From positions 864,001 through 928,000 of the forward strand of contig OZ244991.1 of NCBI GenBank assembly GCA_965223335.1: a DNA stretch of 64,000 bases, in the 5' to 3' direction. A model generated the notes under the pieces. The model was not told the origin of the DNA and searched no databases. It saw only the letters and a program-made list of their open reading frames with translations. Positions within the stretch are counted from its first letter, which is position 1; every line of letters starts with the position of its first letter. The DNA comes from Thermodesulfobacteriota bacterium (GTDB lineage: Bacteria; Desulfobacterota_D; UBA1144; Nemesobacterales; UBA2774). A program made the position numbers and the translations under genes. This document shows positions 37,907 through 48,448 of this stretch, one piece after another.

Positions 37907-40711
37907 TTAGCTGGCCAACACTTCCTTTAGAAAATTTCCTGTGTACGATTCCCCCACTCTCGATACCTGTTCGGGTGTACCGGTGGCAACTACCCTGCCT
38001 CCATGATCTCCTCCCTCGGGACCCAAATCAATTATATAGTCTGCAGATTTTATTACATCTAAATTATGCTCGATCACAATTATCGTGTTTCCTTTCTCTA
38101 CAAGCTTCTCTATGACCAATAATAGCTTTTTTACATCGTCAAAATGCAGGCCTATCGTGGGTTCGTCGAGGATATAAATCGTGTTCCCCGTGCTTCGCCG
38201 CGAGAGCTCTTTGGCCAGTTTAATACGCTGCGCCTCACCGCCCGATAATGTAGTAGCCGGCTGGCCGAGCCTAATGTATCCCAAACCCACATCATCGAGG
38301 ACCTCGAGCTTAGACTTCAGCTGCGGGATGTTCTTAAAGAACTCGAGTGCTTCACTCACAGTCATCTCTAGAACATCCGAGATGCTCTTATTCTTATACT
38401 TGATATGCAGGGTCTCGGAATTATATCTTTTACCCCCGCACTGCTCACACAACACATAGACGTCGGGCAGAAAATGCATCTCTATCTTTACACTGCCGTG
38501 CCCTTTGCACCCCCCGCATCTGCCGTCCTTCACGTTGAAGCTAAACCTGCCCGCTTTGTATCCCCTCATCTGCGCCTGGGGCAGCATTGCAAACAGGTCT
38601 CTGATGGCACCGAACAGCCCTGTATATGTGGCGGGATTAGATCTTGGGGTTCTTCCGATTGGTGTCTGCTCGACGTTTACAATCTTATCAATCGACCCGG
38701 CTCCGTCTATACTCGCAAAACCGGCAACTTTATGCTTGCTCCTATAAAGCTCTTTACTGAGTGCTGCGTAAAGAGTGTCTATTACCAGCGTGCTTTTCCC
38801 CGACCCCGACACCCCGGTTACACAGGTAAACACCCCTTTGGGAATGCGAATATCTATGTTTTTTAGGTTATGTCCCGACGCCTTTTTTATGGTTATATAC
38901 CCCTTTGGTTTTTTCCTCTTTTTGGGTACCGGTATCGACAACTTACCGGTCAGGTAGTCGACCGTAAGTGACTTCTTTGACCGTAGAATCTTACGTAGCC
39001 CGCCGCTTGCAACTAGCTTTCCACCATGCTCTCCCGCCCCCGGGCCCACATCCACCATATAGTCCGAGTTCCTAATGGTATCCTCATCGTGCTCGACCAC
39101 CACTATGGTATTGCCGCTGTCCCTAAGCGACTTGAGTGTGCGTATAAGTTTCTTGTTGTCCCTGGGGTGAAGCCCGATCGTTGGCTCATCCAGCACATAT
39201 GTGATCCCGGTTAGCTTAGAACCCACCTGGGTCGCGAGTCTTATGCGCTGTGCCTCGCCGCCCGAGAGTGAGGGCGAAGATCTATGGAGCGTCAGATACC
39301 CAAGCCCCACATCATGCATAAAACTCAACCGGGACTCGATCTCCAACAAGATCCTCTCCGCTATCCGCTGGTCCCTGTCCGATAACCTAAGGTCCCTAAA
39401 AAAACCGAGACAGCTGTCTATAGGGATCAAAGTGAGCTCAAATATAGATTTACCGTCAACAAGCACCGATAACGACTCTTTTTTAAGCCTAGCACCATTG
39501 CACTCAGGACAGGTCGCCCTGTTCATGTACTCAAATAACCTTTCCTTTACTTCGTATGATTCGGTCTCCGCGTACCATTCTTCGATGGTGCCCAAAACCC
39601 CTTTAAAACTGTCCTTGTAACCGATGCTCCGTCTCTTGCGCCTCTTGGTATGATTTATTTGCGTCTTGCCGGTCCCCTCGAGAATGATCTTCTTTATCTT
39701 GCTAGGAAGTTTGCAAAATGTCGTGTCCAAGTCGAACCCGTAGTGCTCGGCAAGGTTCACCATAACCTGTTTGAAATAGCCCGAGTTCTTCCAGGGTTTT
39801 ATTGCCCCATCGTTTATTGATAATTTGCTGTCGATAATTAATTCTGGGTCGAAAAATGACTTATACCCCAAACCCTGGCAGTCTGTGCAAGCCCCATAGG
39901 GGCTATTGAACGAAAACAGGCGCGGGGATATCTCGGGGTAACTGATACCGCACTTGCCGCACGAGAACTTCTCGCTCAAAGTAAGCTGCCGGCCGTTATC
40001 GGTCTCTACCGACACTATCCCACCCGACCGTTTTAAAGCGAGCATGATTGATTCCTCCACCCGTTCTGCTACTTCTTTGCCTCGAAGCTCTATCACATCC
40101 ACCAAGAGCTCTATCGTGTGTCGTTTTTGACGGTCAAGTGTTATCTCATCGTCTAAATTCCTTATCTCGCCGTCTATCCTTGCCCGCAGGTAGCCCTCTT
40201 GTGCAAGGTCCCCGAGCTCCTTTCTGTACTCTCCCTTTCGCCCCTGAATTACGGGCGAATAGATGGTGACCTTCCCTCCTTTCCCTATATCCAGCACCTT
40301 TTCTGTCATGGCCCGGGGGCTTTGTGCCGCTATTTCGCTCCCGCAGTTATAGCAGTGTGGCACCCCTACACTCGAAAACAAGAGGCGCAGGAAGTCATAG
40401 ATCTCGGTCGTGGTACCCACGGTGGATCGCGGGTTTCGCTGAAACGTTTTTTGATCTACTGCGATTGAGGGCGATAAACCCTCTAGCGAATCGACATCGG
40501 GTTTATCTATTTTTTCTACAAACTGTCTGGCATAGGCCGAGAGCGATTCCATGTAGCGCCGCTGTCCCTCTGCAAATATCGTGTCAAAGGCCAGTGACGA
40601 CTTACCCGAACCGCTTATACCCGTGACCACAACAATCTTGCCGCGCGGTATCCGCACGTTCAGATCTTTAAGGTTATGCTCTCGTGCACCTGTGACTTTA
40701 ATCGAATCCAA
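37907..40711 (-). CDS. uvrA: Excinuclease ABC subunit A
   Basis: GAREHNLK, two GxSGSGKS, two LSGGEAQR, zinc fingers. Confidence 0.98.
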   Translation of the reverse strand: MDSIKVTGAREHNLKDLNVRIPRGKIVVVTGISGSGKSSLAFDTIFAEGQRRYMESLSAYARQFVEKIDKPDVDSLEGLSPSIAVDQKTFQRNPRSTVGTTTEIYDFLRLLFSSVGVPHCYNCGSEIAAQSPRAMTEKVLDIGKGGKVTIYSPVIQGRKGEYRKELGDLAQEGYLRARIDGEIRNLDDEITLDRQKRHTIELLVDVIELRGKEVAERVEESIMLALKRSGGIVSVETDNGRQLTLSEKFSCGKCGISYPEISPRLFSFNSPYGACTDCQGLGYKSFFDPELIIDSKLSINDGAIKPWKNSGYFKQVMVNLAEHYGFDLDTTFCKLPSKIKKIILEGTGKTQINHTKRRKRRSIGYKDSFKGVLGTIEEWYAETESYEVKERLFEYMNRATCPECNGARLKKESLSVLVDGKSIFELTLIPIDSCLGFFRDLRLSDRDQRIAERILLEIESRLSFMHDVGLGYLTLHRSSPSLSGGEAQRIRLATQVGSKLTGITYVLDEPTIGLHPRDNKKLIRTLKSLRDSGNTIVVVEHDEDTIRNSDYMVDVGPGAGEHGGKLVASGGLRKILRSKKSLTVDYLTGKLSIPVPKKRKKPKGYITIKKASGHNLKNIDIRIPKGVFTCVTGVSGSGKSTLVIDTLYAALSKELYRSKHKVAGFASIDGAGSIDKIVNVEQTPIGRTPRSNPATYTGLFGAIRDLFAMLPQAQMRGYKAGRFSFNVKDGRCGGCKGHGSVKIEMHFLPDVYVLCEQCGGKRYNSETLHIKYKNKSISDVLEMTVSEALEFFKNIPQLKSKLEVLDDVGLGYIRLGQPATTLSGGEAQRIKLAKELSRRSTGNTIYILDEPTIGLHFDDVKKLLLVIEKLVEKGNTIIVIEHNLDVIKSADYIIDLGPEGGDHGGRVVATGTPEQVSRVGESYTGNFLKEVLAS

Positions 40712-40780
40712 GACGTGTTAAGTTTACCCGTTTATCGGAAAGGGTTTAGACCCAATAGTATTACTCAATCAACTGTAATG

Positions 40781-41863
40781 TTACTTGCCGCGAAACGATG
40801 TGATGTCGCTTACGGTCTTTGCGTCCAACTTCATGAGTATTGCCTGGAGCAGCTTAACGGTGTTATCGAAATCGTCCCTGTTAATGATGGCATGGTGGCT
40901 ATGAATGTGTCGTGTGGGAACACCGAGCACGACTGTTGGTACACCGTTTTTGTGCAGGTGGATCACTGAGCCATCGGTGGCACCACCCTCCATAGTAGTG
41001 AACTGAAGCGGTATCTTAGACTTCTTTGCCGTATCCATCACGAGGTCACGCAGCTTTAGGTTTGGAATCATCCTGGCGTCATAGAGGAGCATAGAGGGCC
41101 CGCCCCCGAGCCTGGTAGAGGACTCGTCGGGCTTTATCCCAGGTACATCCCCCGCAATATCCGACTCGAGAATAATTGCGACATCGGGGCTAACCATCTC
41201 GACACTCGTATTCGCACCCCTTACACCCACCTCCTCCTGCACAGTCGCAACTCCGTATACGGCGTTTGGGCTCCGTTTTTTCTTAAGCCCCTCCATAGCC
41301 GAGATCATCACCGCACAACCCACACGGTCATCAAACGCCTTACACATATAGGTTTTGGGATTAGACAGCACCGTGAACTCACTGTAAGGCACCACTGGGT
41401 CGCCCACAGCCACACCCGCCGCCTCAACATCCTTATCCGACATAGCACCTATATCTATGTACATCTGCTTGTTGGTAACTACCTTGTTCCTCTCTTCTTG
41501 CGCAAGCAGGTGCGGGGGCTTGGCACCTATCACACCCGCTACATCTCCCTTAGAGGTTTTAATGGTTACCCTCTGGGCCAAAAGCACCTGGTCCCACCAA
41601 CCGCCTAGTGTAGTAAATTTTATGAAGCCTTCACTCGATATGTGCTTAACCATAAACCCTATCTCGTCCATATGCCCGGCCAGCATCACCTTGGGTTTGG
41701 TTTTTTGTCCCGATCTTTTACAGATCACACTCCCCATATTGTCCTGTGTAAGCGTGCCGAGCGGTTTTAGGTGTCGGCGAATAACTGCACGAACCTCTGT
41801 CTCGTACCCCGACACTCCGTCAGCTTCGGTCAGTTCTTTTAGCAATTTTTCTGCCTTATTCAT
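40781..41863 (-). CDS. M42 family aminopeptidase
   Basis: GHMDEIG, KAFDDR, QEEVG, GATD, RHIHS. Confidence 0.93.
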   Translation of the reverse strand: MNKAEKLLKELTEADGVSGYETEVRAVIRRHLKPLGTLTQDNMGSVICKRSGQKTKPKVMLAGHMDEIGFMVKHISSEGFIKFTTLGGWWDQVLLAQRVTIKTSKGDVAGVIGAKPPHLLAQEERNKVVTNKQMYIDIGAMSDKDVEAAGVAVGDPVVPYSEFTVLSNPKTYMCKAFDDRVGCAVMISAMEGLKKKRSPNAVYGVATVQEEVGVRGANTSVEMVSPDVAIILESDIAGDVPGIKPDESSTRLGGGPSMLLYDARMIPNLKLRDLVMDTAKKSKIPLQFTTMEGGATDGSVIHLHKNGVPTVVLGVPTRHIHSHHAIINRDDFDNTVKLLQAILMKLDAKTVSDITSFRGK

Positions 41864-42105
41864 ATCGATTGAGCTCCTTTTGGGCCTGGATTATATCCAT
41901 TGATACCTTGTGCAATTAGCACGAGCGTAGAAGTATCACCGTATCCAGTTTGTTTATCAACAAGCTGATCTGCTCTCAAACCTAGATGCGCAGCGCAATA
42001 TAAAAGCAAATTAAAATGTTTTAAATTTCGATACTATTAGCCGCTACTTTGTGATATGATTGTAAATTCGGAGCCAAGAACTTTTAATAAAGAGGTTAGA
42101 TTATT

Positions 42106-42342
42106 ATGAGAAGGGACCTAGGGACAATCTCGTTCTACGGGGTTGTATTGTATCTGTTATTTACAGCTGATGGGTATTCGTACATAGACCCCGGAAGCGG
42201 CAGCATTGTAATTCAGGTTCTCATTGCCAGTTTGCTAGGACTCCTTACTATGCTTAGAATCTATTGGGCAAAGGTAAAGAGCATCTTTAGCGGATCCTCG
42301 GATCAAACAGTGCAGGGTGATGAGATCGATGACAATACATAA
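42106..42342 (+). CDS. Small membrane protein with YIDPGSGS motif
   Basis: SD gagg; hydrophobic leader, YSYIDPGSGS, TM helix; overlaps next start. Confidence 0.7.
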   Translation: MRRDLGTISFYGVVLYLLFTADGYSYIDPGSGSIVIQVLIASLLGLLTMLRIYWAKVKSIFSGSSDQTVQGDEIDDNT

Positions 42343-43714
42343 GCTGCCGAGTTCTTTTAGAGACCCAAGCGGTTTTTTATACACCGAGAACGACACCGTT
42401 TACCGTCAGGTGAACGAGTGCTATCGGGATAGCTATGATTTACTCAAATCATCGGGACTCTACGACTCACTCGTAGATGGGTCCATGCTCATCCCCCACG
42501 ACGAGGTAAATGACCGTCTCAACGGCAGTGAGCATACATACAAGGTTTTACACCCCCAGCAGCTTGACTTCATATCATATCCCTACGAGTGGTGCTTTAG
42601 CCAATACAAAGACGCTGCACTCCTAACACTTGGTATTCAAAAGAGGGCGATGGATCACGGAATGTGCCTTAAAGATGCAAGCGCTTACAACGTCCAGTTT
42701 GTAAAGGGCAAACCCATTTTCATAGACACACTCTCATTCGAACCCTACAACGAAGGGGACCCCTGGGTAGCCTATGGACAGTTCTGCAGGCATTTCCTAG
42801 CCCCTCTCGCGCTCATGAGCTTAAGGGATATACGCCTTGGGGCACTGATGAAAACCTATATAGACGGCATTCCTCTTGACCTTGTAAGCTCGCTCCTACC
42901 CTTTAGCTCAAAACTCAAATTCTCAATTCTCTCCCACATCCATCTGCATGCCAAAGCCGAAAAAAAATATGAAAAATCCGAGGGACAAAATAAAAAAGCT
43001 CGGATGAGCAAATATGGACTCACAGGAATAATAGACAACTTAATATCAGGCATTGAAGGCCTCAAATGGACCCCCGGCGGTACGGAGTGGGCAGAGTACT
43101 ATGACGAGACCAACTACTCGGACAGTGCTCTCAATTCGAAAAGAGAGTTAGTCAGTTCGTATGTGAATCAGTTGGGAAAGATTCAGAGGGCCTGGGACCT
43201 GGGTGCCAATACCGGTGAATTTTCAAGGGTAGTTAGCAAGCTCGGTATTGATATCGTGTCATTCGATATAGATCCCGCTGCTGTCGAAAAAAACTACCTG
43301 CAAGTGTGCAAGGATAACGAACAGAACATTCTGCCTCTGCTAAATGACCTCACAAACCCGTCCCCCGACATAGGCTGGGCCAATCAGGAGCGGGCATCGC
43401 TAAACGCTAGGGGCCCTGTGGACTTGGTGCTGGCCCTTGCCCTGGTACACCACCTTGCGATTTCCAATAACGTCCCGCTATACGACATAGCAAATTATTT
43501 CTCGAGACTATGCACACACTTAATCATAGAGTTCGTGCCCAAAGACGACTCAAAGGTGCAGTTTCTCCTCGAAACTCGTAACGACATATTCGATAGATAC
43601 ACGCAATCGGACTTTGAAAAAGAGTTCTCCGAGTTTTTTGAGATCACGGCCAAATCCCCCGTAGCCGAATCCACACGTATAATCTATTTGATGAGATCCA
43701 AACCGAGAGATTAA
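42329..43714 (+). CDS. NoeA-like kinase-fold plus SAM-dependent methyltransferase fusion
   Basis: SFRDPSG, SYPYEW, LKDASAYNV, FIDTLS; C-terminal WDLGANTGEFS, DID, LALVHHL. Confidence 0.75.
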   Translation: MTIHKLPSSFRDPSGFLYTENDTVYRQVNECYRDSYDLLKSSGLYDSLVDGSMLIPHDEVNDRLNGSEHTYKVLHPQQLDFISYPYEWCFSQYKDAALLTLGIQKRAMDHGMCLKDASAYNVQFVKGKPIFIDTLSFEPYNEGDPWVAYGQFCRHFLAPLALMSLRDIRLGALMKTYIDGIPLDLVSSLLPFSSKLKFSILSHIHLHAKAEKKYEKSEGQNKKARMSKYGLTGIIDNLISGIEGLKWTPGGTEWAEYYDETNYSDSALNSKRELVSSYVNQLGKIQRAWDLGANTGEFSRVVSKLGIDIVSFDIDPAAVEKNYLQVCKDNEQNILPLLNDLTNPSPDIGWANQERASLNARGPVDLVLALALVHHLAISNNVPLYDIANYFSRLCTHLIIEFVPKDDSKVQFLLETRNDIFDRYTQSDFEKEFSEFFEITAKSPVAESTRIIYLMRSKPRD

Positions 43715-43720
43715 CAACAG

Positions 43721-45247
43721 ATGCGACTCCTTCACCTTATCCTATTCGGGGCATACCCCATATTGCTCCTCTACTCAGCTAATGCATCCGAGATAACCCC
43801 CGAGGAGCTCATCGTTCCCACATTAATCAGTGTAGGTATTATAGGCGCCATTTTTACAATCCTCTATCTGTTTACTAAAAATGTATACAAGGCTTCGGTC
43901 TTAGCAGCCGTAAATTTTATACTGATAATCGCATTCGGCCATCTTTTAAAAGTGCTTGGTATCGAATCTGGTGTTGTTACATACATAGCTGTTTTCATCT
44001 ACACCCTTTTGCTCATCCTCTTTAACTACATAGCGGGTAAGAGCAAAAGCGAGTTTAAACACTTTGGCTGGCCCCTTAATGTTGTAGCCGCTTCGCTAAT
44101 ACTGATGCTAATCCCACAGATTACCAAAAGCGCCAATGCAGACAGGCCCCCACCCCCAGGTAATTTCAGGCAATCGGCACTAGACAGTGTCCAGAGCACC
44201 CAACCAAAAGAGCCGCTTAGGGATATTTACTACCTAGTCTTTGATCAGTATGCGAGGGCAGACACCCTAAGCGACCATTTTCATTTTAATAACGATCCGT
44301 TTATAAACAAGCTCCGTGAATACGGGTTCTATGTAGCCACAGAGAGCCTATCCAACTACCCACACACACAGCACTCCATAGCCTCGTCCTTAAACATGCT
44401 ATACATTAACTACTTGGAGCATATAAAGACCGATAAATACCCGGTCTTCATAAGTATGATAAAGGACAGCGACATCGCACGCTTCCTAAAACAACAGGGA
44501 TACAACACTATCTTTTTCGGTAACTCCGAGTGGCCGTTTAAACTAATCCCTGCAGCTGATCAAAACCACAACCTGGCGACCACACACCACGCCGGTTACC
44601 TGCTCGATCTGGTATACGAGAGAAGCCTGCTCAATTACCTGATTCTACCCACTGGACTAGATCCGTATTTTAAGGAACTGCTACTAAGTGGTTATAGAAA
44701 ATCAGAGTGGAGAAACACTAACTATAAATTTGAAAAAATCGCCGAACTCTCCACCGCACCCGGCCCAAAGTTCGTATACGCACATTTTCTCATCCCCCAT
44801 GCACCCTACGTACATAACGCAGACGGCACCTACCTATCGCTAACCGAACAAAAACGAAACCCCTCTACCAATTACTATGTCGAACAGATCAAGTTCCTAA
44901 ACAGCGCTATTTCGGAGCTCATAGAAGACCTCACAACTAACTCCGCCACTCAACCTATCATTATTCTACAGGCCGATGAGGGTGCGTTCACCGGTTACAA
45001 GCCAAACAACTTTGCTCAAAACAGCAATAAAAAAGTTGTGGATAAGTACAGCATATTAAACGCCTACTATTTCCCCAACGCCGACATATCAACTCTCTAC
45101 CCCTCCATAAGCCCCGTAAATACATTTAGGGTCGTGCTAAACCAATACTTCGGCACCGACCTCCCTCTGTTGCCCGACAAACAGCACTACACAACCTATT
45201 CCAGACCCCTAGAGTTCAAGGACATTACTTCCAAGATCAACCAATAG
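43721..45247 (+). CDS. Membrane-anchored sulfatase/LtaS-like (alkaline phosphatase superfamily) protein
   Basis: About 5 N-terminal TMs; DIYYLVFDQY, SNYPHT, PHAPY, IILQADEG. Confidence 0.75.
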   Translation: MRLLHLILFGAYPILLLYSANASEITPEELIVPTLISVGIIGAIFTILYLFTKNVYKASVLAAVNFILIIAFGHLLKVLGIESGVVTYIAVFIYTLLLILFNYIAGKSKSEFKHFGWPLNVVAASLILMLIPQITKSANADRPPPPGNFRQSALDSVQSTQPKEPLRDIYYLVFDQYARADTLSDHFHFNNDPFINKLREYGFYVATESLSNYPHTQHSIASSLNMLYINYLEHIKTDKYPVFISMIKDSDIARFLKQQGYNTIFFGNSEWPFKLIPAADQNHNLATTHHAGYLLDLVYERSLLNYLILPTGLDPYFKELLLSGYRKSEWRNTNYKFEKIAELSTAPGPKFVYAHFLIPHAPYVHNADGTYLSLTEQKRNPSTNYYVEQIKFLNSAISELIEDLTTNSATQPIIILQADEGAFTGYKPNNFAQNSNKKVVDKYSILNAYYFPNADISTLYPSISPVNTFRVVLNQYFGTDLPLLPDKQHYTTYSRPLEFKDITSKINQ

Positions 45248-45320
45248 TGCTACACCAAATAGTTCGTTGACAATAAATTGGCTATAAAGTAATGTTAGGA
45301 AGCATAGCGGAGGTGAGCTC

Positions 45321-45734
45321 ATGAGGCAATTAATTAAATGTTTAATGGTAATTGCGCTGTTATTTTTCTCTATATCTGCCCACTCAGAACAAGACGAAGT
45401 CCTAAAGTTTTACGAGTCCTACGTCTCGGCATTAAACCAGGCCAAGTCGATCGATGACATTAGCGATTATTTAGCAGCTGAAAACTTAGAAGAACGTGAT
45501 GATATGTCGGCTGAGGAAGAGGCATTCTTTTTGGAATTTATTAAAGAGACCAGAAAAAGCATGAAGACAAAGAGCATTAAATCAAATATTGAGGGCGATA
45601 AGGCCACTATAAATATCGAGGCCCTAGACACCGCGAGTAACTCGCCAATCACTGGCACTGTCGACCTCATCAAAGAAAATGGTAAGTGGAAAATTAAAAA
45701 GGAATCATTTCATCAAGACTTGAGCTCTGAATAA
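45321..45734 (+). CDS. Small exported protein (DUF4878/NTF2-like), paralog 1
   Basis: Signal peptide; GDKATI, LIKENGKWKI; SD ggagg. Confidence 0.7.
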   Translation: MRQLIKCLMVIALLFFSISAHSEQDEVLKFYESYVSALNQAKSIDDISDYLAAENLEERDDMSAEEEAFFLEFIKETRKSMKTKSIKSNIEGDKATINIEALDTASNSPITGTVDLIKENGKWKIKKESFHQDLSSE

Positions 45735-45749
45735 ATGAGGGGGGTAACA

Positions 45750-46175
45750 ATGAAAAGCATAATAAGATGTTCGGTCCTAGTAATTGCATTACTTTTCTCA
45801 GTATCCGCTTTTGCACAGGACAAAGACATTGTTAAATTCTACGATACGTATATTGCAGCAGTAATCAAAGCAAAATCCATTGATGACATTACCCCGTTCA
45901 TAGCTTCCGAGAGCCTCGCAGACCGCGATCAGATGACCAAAGAGGATGAAGAGTTCTTCCTCGAGTTCCTAAAAGAGAACAGAAAAACCACCAAGAGAAA
46001 AAGTATAGAGACCAAAGTTGACGGTGATAAAGCTACAATAACTGTAAAGGCTATCGACACCACAAATAACTCCCCCGTCACAGGCGCTATCGACCTCATC
46101 AAAGAAGACGGCAAGTGGAAAATCCTACAGGAATACTATGACCAGGACGTAAATATCATGAACATCGAGGAATAG
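45750..46175 (+). CDS. Small exported protein (DUF4878/NTF2-like), paralog 2
   Basis: Start reset to ATG 45750; signal peptide AFA; GDKATI, LIKEDGKWKI. Confidence 0.7.
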   Translation: MKSIIRCSVLVIALLFSVSAFAQDKDIVKFYDTYIAAVIKAKSIDDITPFIASESLADRDQMTKEDEEFFLEFLKENRKTTKRKSIETKVDGDKATITVKAIDTTNNSPVTGAIDLIKEDGKWKILQEYYDQDVNIMNIEE

Positions 46176-46254
46176 TAATAGACTGCATAGTTCATGTAGT
46201 TCATAGGTCAGGTTTTCAAATCACATATAAAATGTAAACTATGTCCCATACGGT

Positions 46255-47223
46255 ATGATTGAATATAAGGGTGGGGTACACCTGCTTGGGACAGACCTCT
46301 GGTTCGACGCAAAGAATAAGGCAGAATTCTCTTTTATTTCCAATGCTAATGTCGCTAGGTTCACTCCCCCCGAAAAGGTAATTGCCACACCGGAAACAAT
46401 AGCCCTGCTAGACGGTAAAATTAATAAGTCCCTAGCACTCGCTTGCCCTTTTCAGAGGCAATTCACGCTGGGCGATATAAACGTAGAGCTATTCCCATCG
46501 GGCTACTCTGTCGGATCAGCCCAGATCTCGATCGACTTCGAAGGCAAGAATATCGTCTACACAGGCGACATTAAGCTCAATCAACACAACTCTGTCCACC
46601 CCATTGAGATCCGGCGGTGCGATACACTGATCATGAAGTGCAACTACTCGCTGCCCAAATACATATTCCCATCGCACTCAGATTCCATAGCCTCTATATT
46701 AACTTTTATAGACGATACAATTAACCAGGGTCTAACCCCCGTATTGCTGGTAGAACCACTCGGCAACTCAGAGCTCGTTATCAAATCACTCGGCAATAGA
46801 GGATATAAATTAAACCTGCACAGATCCATATACGAAACCATAAAAATCTATGAACAGTTTGGTATGAAATTCCCTAACTACATCAGACTAAGAGATGATA
46901 TATCTGATAATAGTGTGATCATCATGCCTATCCATCTAAGGGACTCAGAGATCTTAGAACGCATGGACCGCACAAGGGTAGCCGCTGTTATCGGTTGTGC
47001 CGAGCAAGACATACCGTTCCTAAAAACGATATTTAAAACCGACGAGATCTGCCCCTACGGCAACCACGCAGGCTATGATGAACTGCTTGAGTATATTGAG
47101 ATCGCTAAGCCCAAAGAGATATTTTTAGTCGAGGGCTACACAGCTGAGTTCGCCGCAGTGCTCAAGAAAAGAGGCCATACCGCAATTCCCCTCAAGACCC
47201 CGACTCAGCTAAAACTATTTTAG
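46255..47223 (+). CDS. MBL/beta-CASP nuclease-like protein with degenerate metal motifs and C-terminal QLKLF
   Basis: LWFDA, ATPET, GSAQ, YTGD, PKYIFP, NHAGY scaffold. Confidence 0.7.
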   Translation: MIEYKGGVHLLGTDLWFDAKNKAEFSFISNANVARFTPPEKVIATPETIALLDGKINKSLALACPFQRQFTLGDINVELFPSGYSVGSAQISIDFEGKNIVYTGDIKLNQHNSVHPIEIRRCDTLIMKCNYSLPKYIFPSHSDSIASILTFIDDTINQGLTPVLLVEPLGNSELVIKSLGNRGYKLNLHRSIYETIKIYEQFGMKFPNYIRLRDDISDNSVIIMPIHLRDSEILERMDRTRVAAVIGCAEQDIPFLKTIFKTDEICPYGNHAGYDELLEYIEIAKPKEIFLVEGYTAEFAAVLKKRGHTAIPLKTPTQLKLF

Positions 47224-47232
47224 GAATGTACT

Positions 47233-47652
47233 ATGAACATAGTCACAGACAGCTTCACAATACAGACCGCAGGTGATACGGACGTTATCGATATCACACC
47301 ACAAGTAATGAGTTTTATAGCAGACTCAGAGATAAGTTCCGGCACGGTAACCGTGTTTATCCCGGGCTCCACTGCGGGTGTAACAACCATTGAGTACGAG
47401 AGCGGCGCCATAAGGGATTTCCAGGATGCTCTAGAGAGGATTGCCCCACGCGACATTGATTACTATCACGATGCCAGGTGGGGTGACGGAAACGGCTACT
47501 CACACGTAAGGGCCGCACTCCTGGGTGCATCACTCACAGTGCCGTTTACCGATTCGGGCCTATTACTAGGCACCTGGCAGCAGATTATAGTCGTGGACTT
47601 CGATAACAGACCCCGAAACCGTAAAGTCGTGCTACAAGCTATGGGCGAGTAA
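47233..47652 (+). CDS. yjbQ: YjbQ/UPF0047 family protein
   Basis: GSTAG, NGYSHVRA, LGTWQQI, DFDNRPR. Confidence 0.92.
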   Translation: MNIVTDSFTIQTAGDTDVIDITPQVMSFIADSEISSGTVTVFIPGSTAGVTTIEYESGAIRDFQDALERIAPRDIDYYHDARWGDGNGYSHVRAALLGASLTVPFTDSGLLLGTWQQIIVVDFDNRPRNRKVVLQAMGE

Positions 47653-47697
47653 TCCGAGACCAAACTCACACTGCATTTAACCTAGCTCTTTTTGAAT

Positions 47698-48357
47698 CTA
47701 TACAAACTTCACAGAAAAATGTTGGGGCTTGTACCTGATATTGAGGTTCACAATAAGCGGCGTCATAGCCTCTATCATTGCAGAGACCTCTAGCGGACCC
47801 GCGTCGAGCGCCCTAAGGTTCGGCATATCCTCAGTTAAGCCCTTCACAACCTCTTTAGCCTCATCATCGTCCCCGCACATCACTACGTCGTAATCGAGCT
47901 CCATATCTATCTTGCTAAGCTCCTTGGCCGGTAGGTTATGGTAGGCAGATACCAGTTTAGCTGTCTCGGGCAGTGCATCTTTAATCTCAAGAGCAGATGA
48001 GCCTTGGGCCGGGGGCGAAAACACAAAGCTTTTTCCCTCTTTAGCCATAGGCACAACAGGAGACACTACAACTTGATCCGTAATGCTGTCCTTAATCTGG
48101 CTTATTGTCGATGCTGCGTACTCGGGCGGAATGCTGATTATGATCACCTCTGCCGACGCGGCTGCGTCTGCATTGGGCATCCCGTGAATCTCGGTCTCCA
48201 TACCTATCTCTTTTAGTTTATCCATGTACTCCCCGGCAATAGTTTTAGCCTTCTCATCACTCCTCGACCCTACAAATATCTCATGTCCCGCTTTGCACCA
48301 TCTCAAAACAAGCCCTTCGGCTATGTCTCCGGTGCCTCCTAATAATGCTATTTTCAT
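47698..48357 (-). CDS. npdG: NADPH-dependent F420 reductase (Fno)
   Basis: GGTGD, GSR, SPVVP, SAYHNLPA, LDAGPL, EAMTPLIVNLN. Confidence 0.88.
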   Translation of the reverse strand: MKIALLGGTGDIAEGLVLRWCKAGHEIFVGSRSDEKAKTIAGEYMDKLKEIGMETEIHGMPNADAAASAEVIIISIPPEYAASTISQIKDSITDQVVVSPVVPMAKEGKSFVFSPPAQGSSALEIKDALPETAKLVSAYHNLPAKELSKIDMELDYDVVMCGDDDEAKEVVKGLTEDMPNLRALDAGPLEVSAMIEAMTPLIVNLNIRYKPQHFSVKFV

Positions 48358-48448
48358 AGTTCTTCTCCTTTATAAAATTGCATTTATTGTATCAAATTAA
48401 GGGTTTTAGTAAAGCAGGATATGAAAATCCTTTGAAAAGGTGATTCAC

